A stretch of DNA of 64,000 nt from an uncultured Lachnospiraceae bacterium (GTDB taxonomy: Bacteria > Bacillota > Clostridia > Lachnospirales > Lachnospiraceae), in the NCBI GenBank assembly GCA_905235415.1, contig CAJOKX010000001.1, positions 208 to 64,207 on the forward strand, read 5' to 3'. The first letter of the stretch is position 1. Each line of letters begins with the position of its first letter. A program made the position numbers and the translations under genes. The notes beneath the pieces were generated by a model. That model made no database searches. It had not been told where the DNA came from and was given only the letters and a program-made list of their open reading frames with translations. Positions 8,807 through 18,452 of this stretch are shown here, piece after piece.

Positions 8807-8835
8807 TTGCATTCTGGACTTTGGCATAGTACAAT
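8807..8835 (+). promoter_or_regulatory. Candidate promoter for phd-vapC
   Basis: TTGCAT, a 17-nt spacer, then TACAAT. A small palindrome TGGTCAAGAAGACCA lies just downstream. Confidence 0.5.
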
Positions 8836-8873
8836 ATGGTCAAGAAGACCAACATTTTAAGGAGGTGGCAAGG

Positions 8874-9113
8874 ATGCAGGTCAACATTCTCGAAGCAAAG
8901 ACGAACCTCTCCGGCCTTGTGAGGCTTGTGGAAACCCACCAGGAAGAGCAGATTATTATAGCAAGATATGGAAAGCCTGTTGCAAAGATGGTTGTTTATG
9001 ATGAGGAACCTGTTTCTAAGAGGATTGGCGTCGCCAGGGGAAAACTGAAATCTCCCGACGATCTTGACAAGTATAACGATGAAATTGCAGCTTTATTCGG
9101 GGGAACGTTATGA
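8874..9113 (+). CDS. Phd/YefM-family antitoxin
   Basis: MQVNILEAKTNLSGLVRLVE...IIARYGKPVAKMV. The ATG is preceded by AGGAGGTG. The stop overlaps the next start (ATGA). Confidence 0.8.
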   Translation: MQVNILEAKTNLSGLVRLVETHQEEQIIIARYGKPVAKMVVYDEEPVSKRIGVARGKLKSPDDLDKYNDEIAALFGGTL

Positions 9114-9514
9114 ATTTACTCTTGGATACTCACATCCTGATCTGGGCGCTGAATGATGATCATCGTCTTCCGGGAAAAGCGAGAGAACTAATCCTTGATA
9201 AGAGTAATGTCTTATATTACAGTACTGTGTCTGTCTGGGAAATTGCAATCAAACATGCCAGCCATCCGGAGAATGTTGAGTTTACTGGAAAAGAGCTGTC
9301 GCAGTTTTGCCAGGAAGCAGGATTTTTGTCTGTAGAGGTGCGAGATAAGCATGTGCATGCGCTGGAAACCATCCGCAGAACGGAAGGCGCTCCTCCGCAC
9401 CATGACCCGTTTGACAGAATGCTGATAGCGCAGGCAAAAGCGGAGAATATGTCTCTTGTTACGCACGATTCCCTGATTCCTTACTACTCAGAGAGCTGTA
9501 TCATCGCAGTTTAG
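9110..9514 (+). CDS. vapC: PIN-domain toxin (VapC-like)
   Basis: MNLLLDTHILIWAL...STVSVWEIAIK...DPFDRMLIAQA carries the acidic signature residues of PIN domains. Confidence 0.8.
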   Translation: MNLLLDTHILIWALNDDHRLPGKARELILDKSNVLYYSTVSVWEIAIKHASHPENVEFTGKELSQFCQEAGFLSVEVRDKHVHALETIRRTEGAPPHHDPFDRMLIAQAKAENMSLVTHDSLIPYYSESCIIAV

Positions 9515-9650
9515 AAAATACAGAAGCAAGAGATAATAAGTTCATCTTTCCATATGATAAATCCGTAACGATTAAAGCAAAATCTGCAAATGTCAAACCT
9601 CAACCGACGAAAGTGACTGAGAAGGTCAAGACGAAGTAATGACAGAAAAC

Positions 9651-9724
9651 AGGGGTGTCGGCGACGATGCCCCTTTTTAATATGAGCAAAAACGAACCGT
9701 CCGGCGAATATGCCGGGCGGTTTT
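9651..9724 (+). terminator. Two tandem intrinsic terminators
   Basis: AGGGGTGTCG..CGATGCCCCT followed by TTTTT (9651-9678), then CCGTCCGGC..GCCGGGCGG followed by TTTT (9697-9724). Confidence 0.6.
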
Positions 9725-9782
9725 ATAATGTCTGGTCATTTTTCGATGGAACGTACTGTGCAATGTCTTGTGAGACAAATGG

Positions 9783-9811
9783 TTGCAAATGCGCGAAAAA
9801 GGTGATATATT
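9783..9811 (+). promoter_or_regulatory. Candidate promoter for the FMN-riboswitch/ribU transcript
   Basis: TTGCAA, a 17-nt spacer, then TATATT. Confidence 0.45.
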
Positions 9812-9885
9812 CCCCACTGTAAGGGTGATGCGAAAGGGATGCGATTTGATACGCAGAGCTTGCAAACCCTTGATTTTACAACATA

Positions 9886-10053
9886 GTAAGTCTTCAGGGC
9901 GGGGTGCGATTCCCCACTGGCGGTACAGTCCGCGAACTGTCTTACGGCAGCCGAACCGGTGCGATTCCGGTACCAACGGTATAGTCCGGATGGAAGAAGA
10001 TGTCAGATTGATGTGATCCGCCCGGAGACCTGAGAAGGACTCCGGGTGTTTTT
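9886..10053 (+). promoter_or_regulatory. FMN riboswitch (RFN element) with terminator expression platform
   Basis: RFN strings are present: CTTCAGGGCGGGGTGCGATTCCCCACTGGCGGTA...CCGGTGCGATTCCGGTACCAACGGTATAGTCCGGATGGAAGAAG. The terminator is CCCGGAG..CTCCGGG followed by TGTTTTT (10021-10053). Confidence 0.9.
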
Positions 10054-10099
10054 CTTGCTGACATTTCCTGCAGCCTGAACTACGAAAGGAGAGGATTGT

Positions 10100-10753
10100 A
10101 TGAAAAGCAGCAACAGTACAACAGACAGGGCGGCGAGGGAACCCATGCAGAGCTCGGTGCAGACGCCTACTCAGAAAAGAACCCGGTACATGGTTTCCTG
10201 CGCGATGCTGAGCGCGGTTTCCATCGTTCTCATGCAGTTTGATTTTTCGGTGCCCTTCATGCCCGCCTTTATCAAGATGGACCTGTCGGATCTTCCGGCG
10301 CTGATAGGCTCCTTTGCGCTGGGACCGTGGTACGGCGTGCTGATCGCGCTGATCAAGAATCTTCTTCATCTTCTCAGGACCTCGACCGGAGGGGTCGGGG
10401 AACTGTCGAACTTCCTGCTGAGCGCCATGTTTGTGCTTCCGGCGGGCCTGATCTACCAGAAGAATAAGACGAAGAAGCGTGCGGTGATCGGCGCGGTGAC
10501 GGGTGCTGTCTGCACTGCACTGTGCAGTGTGGTGACCAATTATTTTATCGTCTATCCGGTTTACACCGCGTTCATGCCGATGGAGACGATCATTGCCATG
10601 TACCAGGCGATCTTCCCGAAGATCAAGGACGGGGATCTGCTTTCCTGCCTGCTGATCTTCAACATGCCCTTTACATTTGTCAAGGCGATGCTCTCCACCG
10701 TGATCACGCTGCTGATCTATAAGCCGCTCTCACCGATTATCCACGGGCAGTGA
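10100..10753 (+). CDS. ribU: Riboflavin transporter, ECF S-component
   Basis: This is a multi-TM protein (FDFSVPFMPAFIKMDLSDLPALIGSFALGPWYG) directly downstream of the FMN riboswitch. Confidence 0.8.
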   Translation: MKSSNSTTDRAAREPMQSSVQTPTQKRTRYMVSCAMLSAVSIVLMQFDFSVPFMPAFIKMDLSDLPALIGSFALGPWYGVLIALIKNLLHLLRTSTGGVGELSNFLLSAMFVLPAGLIYQKNKTKKRAVIGAVTGAVCTALCSVVTNYFIVYPVYTAFMPMETIIAMYQAIFPKIKDGDLLSCLLIFNMPFTFVKAMLSTVITLLIYKPLSPIIHGQ

Positions 10754-11001
10754 CGCGTCTTTGACCTGCTTTCGATGGCGCAGGTGCACATTCGATGGCG
10801 CAGCTGCACCTGTCCTCTTTCATGATTGTATGAATCATGGTATGATGAGTCAGATTTTATTCCGGCAGTGCATCAGGCGCTGCAGGGATGAAGTTTCATC
10901 GTGAGGTCTTGAAATGTTTCCATTCACAGATTCCTGGACCGACAGGCTGATTACGTCGGATGAAACCGTGAATGGAACCTTGAAATCAACGGAGCATATA
11001 T

Positions 11002-12078
11002 ATGACACAGTTTCGATCGATCCGAATCAAAAGCCTGGTGAGGACAGCTGCGGTGGTGACATTGGCGCTGCTTCTGGGCGGATGCTCGGGGGACGCGGTC
11101 TCCACAAAGAATACCGACGCGGGATATAAGGCGGCGGAGTCTTCCAATTATCTGGAGGCGGAGCAGCTCTTCCAGGAGGCGGTTTCGGAAGGTGAAGAGA
11201 GCGTATCGGCATACCGCGGCCTGGGGATCGCGCAGATGGCGCAGGGAAAGTACCAGGAGGCTGCGGAGTCTTTCAGGCAGGCGCTTGCCGCAACCGACGA
11301 CAAGATGCCGGAGACCGTTCTGGATCTTCTGGAGTACAGGGCGACCGCGCAGTACCGCATGCAGGATTATGACGGGACGATTGAGACCTGTGCACAGATC
11401 CTGGCTGAGGACAATGCGTCTGTCATGGCGTACTATTACACCGGCGCTGCCCGTCTGCATCAGGGAAGCCAGGAGGAAGCGGCGGCGAACTTCGACTATG
11501 CAGCGTCGCTGCGCCCCAACGATTATCAGCTGTATCTGGACATCTACAGTGTCTACGAGGATACGAACCTGTCCGGAGTGGGGGATACGTATCTGCAGAC
11601 TGCGCTCGGGATCGCGCCACAGAGCAATGAAGACTACTATCATGTCGGCATGATCTACTATTATCTGGAGCAGTATGACCAGGCCTCTGACGCGCTGCAC
11701 AAGCCGGTGGAAGACGGATATGAACCCGCCCTGTCCCTGATGGGAAGGATCTACCTTGCAGAAGGGGAAAATGACAACGCGAACGCGACGTATTCACGCC
11801 TTCTGTCAGACAATCCGAAGGATACGGACGCATACAACGGCCTTGCACTGTGCGCGCTCGCGCAGGGGGATCCGGACCAGGCTCTGACCTATATCACGCA
11901 GGGACTTGAGCTTGAGGGCGGCGAAGGCAAGCAGGAGCTTTATTTCAATGAGATCATCGCTTATGAGAAGAAGCTTGATTTCCTGACTGCAAGAGATAAG
12001 TGCAGGACGTATGTGGAGATGTATCCGACGGATGAAGCCGGCGTCAAGGAGCTGACGTTCCTGAACACCCGCGGATAA
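11002..12078 (+). CDS. TPR-repeat lipoprotein
   Basis: A lipobox LLLGGC follows a positively charged N-terminus. Repeated A-x-x-x-Y/F TPR-like helices are present (YRGLGIAQMAQGKYQEAAESF, etc.). Confidence 0.7.
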   Translation: MTQFRSIRIKSLVRTAAVVTLALLLGGCSGDAVSTKNTDAGYKAAESSNYLEAEQLFQEAVSEGEESVSAYRGLGIAQMAQGKYQEAAESFRQALAATDDKMPETVLDLLEYRATAQYRMQDYDGTIETCAQILAEDNASVMAYYYTGAARLHQGSQEEAAANFDYAASLRPNDYQLYLDIYSVYEDTNLSGVGDTYLQTALGIAPQSNEDYYHVGMIYYYLEQYDQASDALHKPVEDGYEPALSLMGRIYLAEGENDNANATYSRLLSDNPKDTDAYNGLALCALAQGDPDQALTYITQGLELEGGEGKQELYFNEIIAYEKKLDFLTARDKCRTYVEMYPTDEAGVKELTFLNTRG

Positions 12079-12224
12079 ACCGGAATTCAGAACAGAATAC
12101 AGACCGGAACAGAATTCAGACCGGAATTCAGACCATGAGAAAGCGACCCGCCACACGGCGGGCCGCTGATTCAATTCAGAAATCTCTATAGAAGAAGATA
12201 TCTATATAAAAAGGATCCGGAGGA

Positions 12225-12422
12225 TTATTCCTTCACGACGTTGGAAGCCTGCATGCCGCGCTGACCTTCTGTCAGGTCGTAGGTGACACTCTGGCCTTCA
12301 TCAAGCGTCTTGAAGCCTTCGCCCTGGATGGCGGAGAAATGGACAAACACATCCTTGCCGTCCTCACCTGTGATAAAGCCATATCCTTTTTCTGCGTTGA
12401 ACCACTTTACTGTACCCTTCAT
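12225..12422 (-). CDS. csp: Cold-shock protein (CspA family)
   Basis: [17 protein letters not shown]...DVFVHFSAI contains the RNP1 and RNP2 motifs. The protein is 65 aa. Confidence 0.95.
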   Translation of the reverse strand: MKGTVKWFNAEKGYGFITGEDGKDVFVHFSAIQGEGFKTLDEGQSVTYDLTEGQRGMQASNVVKE

Positions 12423-12490
12423 TACGGGACCTCCATCATTAAAAACAAATCAATTGAAGACACTATCAATATTGAACGATAGCGGTACTC

Positions 12491-12520
12491 ATTATACCTC
12501 TGCAGTTTGGCATATGTCAA
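12491..12520 (-). promoter_or_regulatory. Consensus sigma-A promoter for csp
   Basis: On the minus strand: TTGACA, an 18-nt spacer, then TATAAT. Confidence 0.65.
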
Positions 12521-12749
12521 CCGTAGAATATCTCATTTCTCACCTAAATTCACGAAAACGCAAAGTACAGGTGTGCGCATCTTGTGCATATTGCGTATAG
12601 GGCGCGGAGGCTGAAAGGACCCCTCCGGGACAGAAAAGAGGCTTTTTCCATCCGCCGGAATATAGTACACTGTGAACAGGGCAGGCGGGAAAATGACCCT
12701 TGCTAAATGATCTTTGCGGGGCAGCTGAGAATGCGGGAGAGGCTTGGAG

Positions 12750-14105
12750 ATGACAGACATCAGACAGAAGATTCATATACCGGACGCCGCGGCGAAGGTG
12801 CTTGGGCGGTTGCATGAAGCCGGCTATGAAGCGTACGTGGTCGGAGGCTGCGTGCGGGACAGTATCCTCGGACTGGTCCCGGACGACTGGGATATCACGA
12901 CCAGCGCGTCGCCGGAACAGGTGCGGGCGCTGTTTCGAAGAACGATTGACACCGGCATCGAGCACGGAACGGTTACGGTCCGGATGGATCATCAGAGTCT
13001 GGAGGTGACGACCTACCGGATCGACGGTACGTACGCCGATCACAGGCATCCGGACCAGGTGCATTTCACGGATGATCTCAGGGAAGATCTGAGGCGGCGC
13101 GATTTTACGATCAATGCCATGGCCTACAGCGACGAGGACGGGCTGATCGACCTGTTCGGCGGAATGGACGACATCCGGCGCGGGATCGTGCGCTGCGTGG
13201 GGGATCCTGAAGAGCGCTTTACGGAAGATGCGCTCAGGATATTCCGTGCGGTGCGCTTCTGTGCGAAGCTCGGATACAGCCTGGACAAAGACACGAAGGA
13301 GGCCGCCGCGCGGATGGCGCCGTCGCTGGCGATGGTCAGTGCAGAGCGGATCCGCACGGAGCTTGAGAAGCTGCTCCTGTCCCCGCACCCGGAGATGATT
13401 ATGACGGCGTGGGAGTGCGGCATCACCAGGGTGATTCTTCCGGAATTTGACGCGGAGATGGAGGCGGTGCAGAACAATGCGCACCACAGGATCACCGTCG
13501 GAGAGCATACGGTCCGTACGCTGATGGCGTCAGAGCCGGAAAAGGACCTGCGCCTGACCATGCTGCTGCATGACTGCGGCAAGCCGCTGTGCCAGACTCA
13601 GACGCCGGACGGCGTGTACCATTATCACGGACACGCGAAGCCAGGCGCCCTGAAGGCGCAGGAGGTGCTGGAGAGGCTGAAATACGACCGCGCGACGCAG
13701 CGAAGAGTCGTGCAGCTGGTGCGCTGGCATTCCCTGTACCCCGAGCTGACGGACGAGGGCGTGCGGCGGTCCGTGGTACAGATCGGAGAGGACCTGTTTC
13801 CGACCTTCCTGAAGGTCAAGCGTGCGGACATCTGCGGACAGAATCCGGAGGTGCAGGAAGAGAAGCTGCGCTACATGGACCGGGTGGAGGAGATCTACCG
13901 GGGGATCCTGGAGCGGGGGGACTGCCTGTCCCTGAAGAGCCTGGCCGTGACAGGGGATGACCTGATCCGGGCCGGCTGCCCCAGGGGAAAGCAGATCGGA
14001 GAGATCCTGCAGGCGCTTCTGGATGAGGTGCTGAGCGATCCGGATGCAAATGACAAGGAGCACCTTCTGGGCGAGGCAAAGAGGCTTCTGGAGCAGGGAA
14101 CGTGA
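12750..14105 (+). CDS. cca: CCA-adding tRNA nucleotidyltransferase
   Basis: YVVGGCVRDSILG..DWDITT and RRDFTINAM are present, with a C-terminal HD region. The ATG at 12750 follows GGGAGAGG. Confidence 0.85.
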   Translation: MTDIRQKIHIPDAAAKVLGRLHEAGYEAYVVGGCVRDSILGLVPDDWDITTSASPEQVRALFRRTIDTGIEHGTVTVRMDHQSLEVTTYRIDGTYADHRHPDQVHFTDDLREDLRRRDFTINAMAYSDEDGLIDLFGGMDDIRRGIVRCVGDPEERFTEDALRIFRAVRFCAKLGYSLDKDTKEAAARMAPSLAMVSAERIRTELEKLLLSPHPEMIMTAWECGITRVILPEFDAEMEAVQNNAHHRITVGEHTVRTLMASEPEKDLRLTMLLHDCGKPLCQTQTPDGVYHYHGHAKPGALKAQEVLERLKYDRATQRRVVQLVRWHSLYPELTDEGVRRSVVQIGEDLFPTFLKVKRADICGQNPEVQEEKLRYMDRVEEIYRGILERGDCLSLKSLAVTGDDLIRAGCPRGKQIGEILQALLDEVLSDPDANDKEHLLGEAKRLLEQGT

Positions 14106-14200
14106 CGCTGCAGGGGCGGATGAAAGAGGCTTCTGGTGCAGGAGACGTGACGCTGCAGGGGCAGATGGAAAGAGGCTGCAGGGGCGGATGAAAGAGGCGT
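14078..14200. repeat. 45-bp tandem repeat (about 2.5 copies) spanning the cca stop codon
   Basis: GTGACGCTGCAGGGG occurs at 14102 and 14147. AAAGAGGCTTCTGG recurs as well. Each copy carries the TGA. Confidence 0.85.
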
Positions 14201-14299
14201 CCTTGTCAGTGCGGATATTAGCGGTTATACTTGGTGGGCAGCCGTGCCTGCAGGCGCGGCTTTGCACAGTTGGAATTCAAATACAGAGAGGCAGATGAC

Positions 14300-15610
14300 A
14301 TGAAACTGATTCAGACACCGGTCAAGGGCATGCAGGATTTTCTTCCGGAGGATATGGCGCTTCGCCAGCATGTGCTTGGCATCATACGGGATACCTACGC
14401 AAGGTACGGGTTTACAGAGATTGAGACGCCGGTCATGGAACACATCGAGAACCTGACCGGGAAGAACGGCGGCGAAAATGAGAAGCTGATCTTTAAGGTC
14501 GAGAAGCGGGGACGCGAGCTGGAAAAGGCGCTTTCGCAGGTGCGGGGGGACGCGGACATGCTTCCGGAGGCGGCAGGCACCCGGATTGCGGACAGCGCGC
14601 TGCGCTATGACCTGACGGTGCCGCTGTGCAGGTACTATGCCTGCCATAAGAACGATCTTCCGACCCCGTTCAAGGCGCTCCAGATCGGCAGCGTATTCCG
14701 CGCCGACCGCCCGCAGAAGGGACGCTTCCGCCAGTTCACCCAGTGTGACATCGATATCATTGGCGATTCGTCCGTCATGGCGGAGATCGAGCTGATCGCG
14801 GCAACCTCAGACGCGCTCTCTGCGATCTTCCGCGAGGCAGGAGTGTCCGGGTTCACCGTACACGTTGGCGACCGGCGGATCCTCCGCGCGATGGCCCGCA
14901 GCGCAGGCTTTGCGCCGGAAGAATATGACGAGGTGTTCATTATCCTGGACAAGATGGATAAGATCGGGCTGGACGGCGTCCGGGAAGAACTGCTCCAGTC
15001 CGGATACGCGCCGGAGAAGGTGGAGAAGTATACCGGATTCTTCAGGCTCTTTGAGGAGGACGGCGTCCGGGATCCGGAGACCTTTATCGGACGTACCTGC
15101 GCGGATACGGTGGAAGAGGAGGCTGTGAAGGACATCTCCCTGATCCTCTCCGCGGCGGGGGCCATGGTCGGCGAAGACATTACGCTGAAGTTCGATCCGA
15201 CGCTGGTCAGGGGCATGAGCTATTACACCGGCACGATCTTCGAGATCTCCATCGACAACTACTCATTTGCCATCGCAGGAGGCGGGCGCTATGACAGGAT
15301 GGTCGGGCAGTTCTGCGGCCAGGACGCGCCTGCGTGCGGATTCTCGATCGGATTTGAGCGGATCGTCACGATCCTGAAGGACCTGGGATGGAAAAAAGAG
15401 CGCAGCGGCGCCATGAAGGCGTATCTGGTCGACATGAAGGGCGCTTCCGGAAGAGTGGAAGAGGTCTTCGCAAAGGCGGCCAAAGAGCGTGCGCAGGGCA
15501 TGACGGTTGTGGTGCAGCCCATGAAGAAGAACGCGAAGTTCCAGGTCGAGACGCTCGAGAAGGGCGGATATACAGATATTCTCAAGATCTACGCGGATAC
15601 AGTGCTGTAA
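14300..15610 (+). CDS. hisS: Histidine--tRNA ligase
   Basis: MKLIQTPVKGMQDFLP, RYDLTVPLCRYY and GRFRQFTQCDID are class II HisRS motifs. Confidence 0.8.
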   Translation: MKLIQTPVKGMQDFLPEDMALRQHVLGIIRDTYARYGFTEIETPVMEHIENLTGKNGGENEKLIFKVEKRGRELEKALSQVRGDADMLPEAAGTRIADSALRYDLTVPLCRYYACHKNDLPTPFKALQIGSVFRADRPQKGRFRQFTQCDIDIIGDSSVMAEIELIAATSDALSAIFREAGVSGFTVHVGDRRILRAMARSAGFAPEEYDEVFIILDKMDKIGLDGVREELLQSGYAPEKVEKYTGFFRLFEEDGVRDPETFIGRTCADTVEEEAVKDISLILSAAGAMVGEDITLKFDPTLVRGMSYYTGTIFEISIDNYSFAIAGGGRYDRMVGQFCGQDAPACGFSIGFERIVTILKDLGWKKERSGAMKAYLVDMKGASGRVEEVFAKAAKERAQGMTVVVQPMKKNAKFQVETLEKGGYTDILKIYADTVL

Positions 15611-15732
15611 ATGCCGGTCTGGTATGGTATACTTTCAATGTATATGCTCCATACATGTACGCGGCGGGAAAACAGGTTGATCCGCTTCGGATGCATGGCA
15701 GCGTGGAATGGACATAACAGGAGAATCAGAGT

Positions 15733-17469
15733 ATGGAAGAGTACAGAGCAAGATATGAGCAGTGGCTGAATGACCCTTATTTCGACGAGGAGACGAAGGC
15801 AGAGCTGAAGGGGATCGCGTCTGATGACAATGAGATCAGGGAGCGCTTCTACACAGATCTGGAGTTCGGCACCGCGGGACTGCGCGGCATCATCGGCGCG
15901 GGAACCAACCGCATGAACATTTATGTCGTCCGCAAGGCGACGCAGGGACTTGCAAACTATATCATCAAGGCAGGCGGGAAGGAAAAGGGCGTTGTAATCG
16001 CGCACGATTCGCGCCGTCTGCATGATGAATTCACCGACTGCGCGGCGCTGACGCTGGCAGCAAACGGCATCAAGGCATATGTCTTTGACGCGCTTCGTCC
16101 GACGCCGGAACTGTCCTTTGCGGTCCGGGAGCTCGGGTGCGTTGCGGGCATCAATATCACTGCCAGCCACAATCCGCCCGTGTACAACGGATACAAGGTC
16201 TACTGGGAAGACGGCGCGCAGATCACGCCTCCGAATGATACGGGCATCATGGCGGAAGTGAAGGCCATCACGGACTACTCCATCTGCAAGACGATGGAGA
16301 AGCAGGAGGCCATCGACAAGGGGCTCTATATCACGATCGGAAGCGCCGTGGACGACGTCTATATCGAAGCGCTGAAGAAGAATGTGCTTCATCCGGAAGC
16401 CATCCGCGAGCAGGCGAAGAACCTGAAGATCGTCTACACCCCGCTTCACGGAACCGGCCTGGTACCGGCACTCCGGGTGCTGAAGGAGCTTGGATTTGAG
16501 AATGTCACGGTAGTTCCGCAGCAGGAGAAGCCGGACGGGGATTTCCCGACCGTCTCCTATCCGAACCCGGAAGCGGACGAGGCGTTTGCCCTGGGACTGG
16601 AGCTGGCTGAGAAGATCGGGGCGGACCTGGTCCTTGCGACAGATCCGGATGCAGACCGTCTCGGCGTGCGCGTGAGAGATAAGGATGGCGTGTATCATAC
16701 GCTGACCGGCAACATGTCCGGCAGCCTTCTGGCAGACTACGAGATCGGACAGACGAAGGCGCTCAAGGGGCTTCCTTCCGACGGCCTGCTGATCAAGACG
16801 ATCGTCACCACGAATCTGGCAGATGCGATCTGCAAGTATTACGGCGTTGCGGAATATGAGTGCCTGACCGGATTCAAGTGGATCGGACGCCAGATCCTGA
16901 AGATGGAAAATGACAAGAAGGGCACCTATCTCTTCGGATTTGAAGAGAGCTACGGCTGCCTGATCGGCACGCATGCACGCGACAAGGACGCCATCGTGGC
17001 GGTCATGGCGCTGTGCGAGGCGGCGGCTTATTACAAGACAAAGGATATGACGCTGTGGGATGCGATGCTGGATCTGTATGAGCGCTGCGGCTACTACAAG
17101 GATGACATCCAGTCAGTCGGCCTGTCCGGCATCGAGGGACTTGCGAAGATCCGGCAGATCATGGATACGCTGCGCAGCGAACCGCTCAGAGAGATTGCGG
17201 GCTACAGGGTGCTGGCAGTGCGCGACTACCAGAAGGACCTGATCATGGATATGCAGACCGGGACAGAGACCGACACGGGCCTTCCGAAGTCGAACGTTCT
17301 GTATTATGAGCTGAGCCAGGACGCATGGCTGTGCGTACGTCCTTCCGGGACAGAACCCAAGATCAAGTTCTATTACGGAGTGGTCGGTGATTCCCTGGAG
17401 GATGCAGATGCAAAGAGCGATGCGTTCGGAAAACAGGTGCTGGCGATAATTGACGAGATGCTCAAATAA
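15733..17469 (+). CDS. pgcA: Phosphoglucomutase / phosphomannomutase
   Basis: The active-site region is GINITASHNPPVYNGYKV. The protein is 578 aa with the four-domain alpha-D-phosphohexomutase layout. Confidence 0.85.
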   Translation: MEEYRARYEQWLNDPYFDEETKAELKGIASDDNEIRERFYTDLEFGTAGLRGIIGAGTNRMNIYVVRKATQGLANYIIKAGGKEKGVVIAHDSRRLHDEFTDCAALTLAANGIKAYVFDALRPTPELSFAVRELGCVAGINITASHNPPVYNGYKVYWEDGAQITPPNDTGIMAEVKAITDYSICKTMEKQEAIDKGLYITIGSAVDDVYIEALKKNVLHPEAIREQAKNLKIVYTPLHGTGLVPALRVLKELGFENVTVVPQQEKPDGDFPTVSYPNPEADEAFALGLELAEKIGADLVLATDPDADRLGVRVRDKDGVYHTLTGNMSGSLLADYEIGQTKALKGLPSDGLLIKTIVTTNLADAICKYYGVAEYECLTGFKWIGRQILKMENDKKGTYLFGFEESYGCLIGTHARDKDAIVAVMALCEAAAYYKTKDMTLWDAMLDLYERCGYYKDDIQSVGLSGIEGLAKIRQIMDTLRSEPLREIAGYRVLAVRDYQKDLIMDMQTGTETDTGLPKSNVLYYELSQDAWLCVRPSGTEPKIKFYYGVVGDSLEDADAKSDAFGKQVLAIIDEMLK

Positions 17470-17524
17470 AGCCTGCATTTGGTCAAAAATGCCGAAGATA
17501 TGCGTATTTGCGCGATTCGTGTGC

Positions 17525-17553
17525 TTGACAAACCCATAGATGCGAGATATAAG
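17525..17553 (+). promoter_or_regulatory. Candidate promoter for hup
   Basis: TTGACA, a 17-nt spacer, then TATAAG. Confidence 0.55.
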
Positions 17554-17616
17554 TATTCATAGTGCCTGTCCAACGGACAGCTGAATTTATCAATTTTATT
17601 GAAAAGGAGTACTCTC

Positions 17617-17889
17617 ATGAATAAGACAGAACTTGTAGCCGCTATGGCTGAGAATGCCGGACTGACCAAGAAGGATGCAGAAGCAGCTCTGAAGGCATTT
17701 ATTGATACTGTTGAAGATGCACTGAAGGCGAACGACAAGGTTCAGATCGTTGGTTTCGGTACTTTTGAAGTTGCTGAGAGACCGGCCCGTGAGGGAAGGA
17801 ATCCGCAGACCGGCGAGACCATGAAGATCGCAGCTTCCAAGAATCCGAAGTTCAAGGCCGGCAAGGCTCTGAAGGATGCTCTGAACTGA
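17617..17889 (+). CDS. hup: DNA-binding protein HU
   Basis: MNKTELVAAMAE...GFGTFEV..RPAREGRNPQTGE. Confidence 0.95.
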   Translation: MNKTELVAAMAENAGLTKKDAEAALKAFIDTVEDALKANDKVQIVGFGTFEVAERPAREGRNPQTGETMKIAASKNPKFKAGKALKDALN

Positions 17890-17917
17890 TCTGGAACAGA
17901 GAACCGCTGGATGATCG

Positions 17918-17951
17918 CCGGGCGGGGTCGAAGAAGACCCCGCCCGGTTTT
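17918..17951 (+). terminator. Rho-independent terminator after hup
   Basis: The 12-bp stem CCGGGCGGGGTC / GACCCCGCCCGG is followed by TTTT. Confidence 0.85.
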
Positions 17952-18004
17952 GGTTATGCGCCGCGGGTGCTCCCGGGCGGGATGGAAACAGGAAGGAATG
18001 ACGG

Positions 18005-18244
18005 ATGAGACTGGATAAATACCTGAAGGTATCGCGCCTGATTAAGCGGCGCACGATCGCCAATGAGGCGTGCGATGCCGGAAGAGTGATGGTAAACGGG
18101 AAAACCGCAAAAGCTTCGACGCAGATCAAAGAGGGAGATGTGATCGAGGTCACTTTCGGGAACCGGACCCTGAAGGCAGAGGTGCTCAGTACCGTTGAGA
18201 CGGCACGCAAGGAAGAGGCGCAGGAACTGTTCCGCCTCCTGTAA
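18005..18244 (+). CDS. S4-domain RNA-binding protein (YabO/Hsp15-like)
   Basis: MRLDKYLKVSRLIKRRT.A......GRV.VNGK is an S4 motif. Confidence 0.8.
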   Translation: MRLDKYLKVSRLIKRRTIANEACDAGRVMVNGKTAKASTQIKEGDVIEVTFGNRTLKAEVLSTVETARKEEAQELFRLL

Positions 18245-18452
18245 GGATTCATTTTTCCGGGAATGGGACGCGGAAGGCGTTTCACATTTTACATTTTTGT
18301 TACAATTGCGCTGAATCGCCGATTCGGGGTTGAAATTGCTGTTTAAACAGCTTAAACTACTATCGGTTTAAAGTATAAATATCACGTTCGTCCGATCTGG
18401 GGAGACGGCCGCATGGCTGAAGGAGGAACGGGAAAGTAAGGGGTATGACAGG

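Noticed and set aside
9809-9850. Possible partial duplication of the FMN riboswitch (ATTCCCCACTG recurs at about 9809 and 9908).
   Set aside because: Only an 11-nt match exists and the surrounding sequence does not follow the RFN consensus. It is probably chance or part of the promoter-proximal leader.
12079-12140. Low-complexity run of CAGACCGGAA(TTCAGA) units after the TPR gene.
   Set aside because: The run is short and irregular, and it immediately precedes the csp/TPR convergent terminator hairpin. No function can be inferred.
14106-14299. Possible T-box leader upstream of hisS.
   Set aside because: The spacer is only about 190 nt and largely occupied by the 45-bp repeat. TTGGTGGGCAGCCGTG only loosely resembles the T-box core (GGGTGGTACCGCG). 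I could not find a specifier-loop or terminator-antiterminator arrangement.
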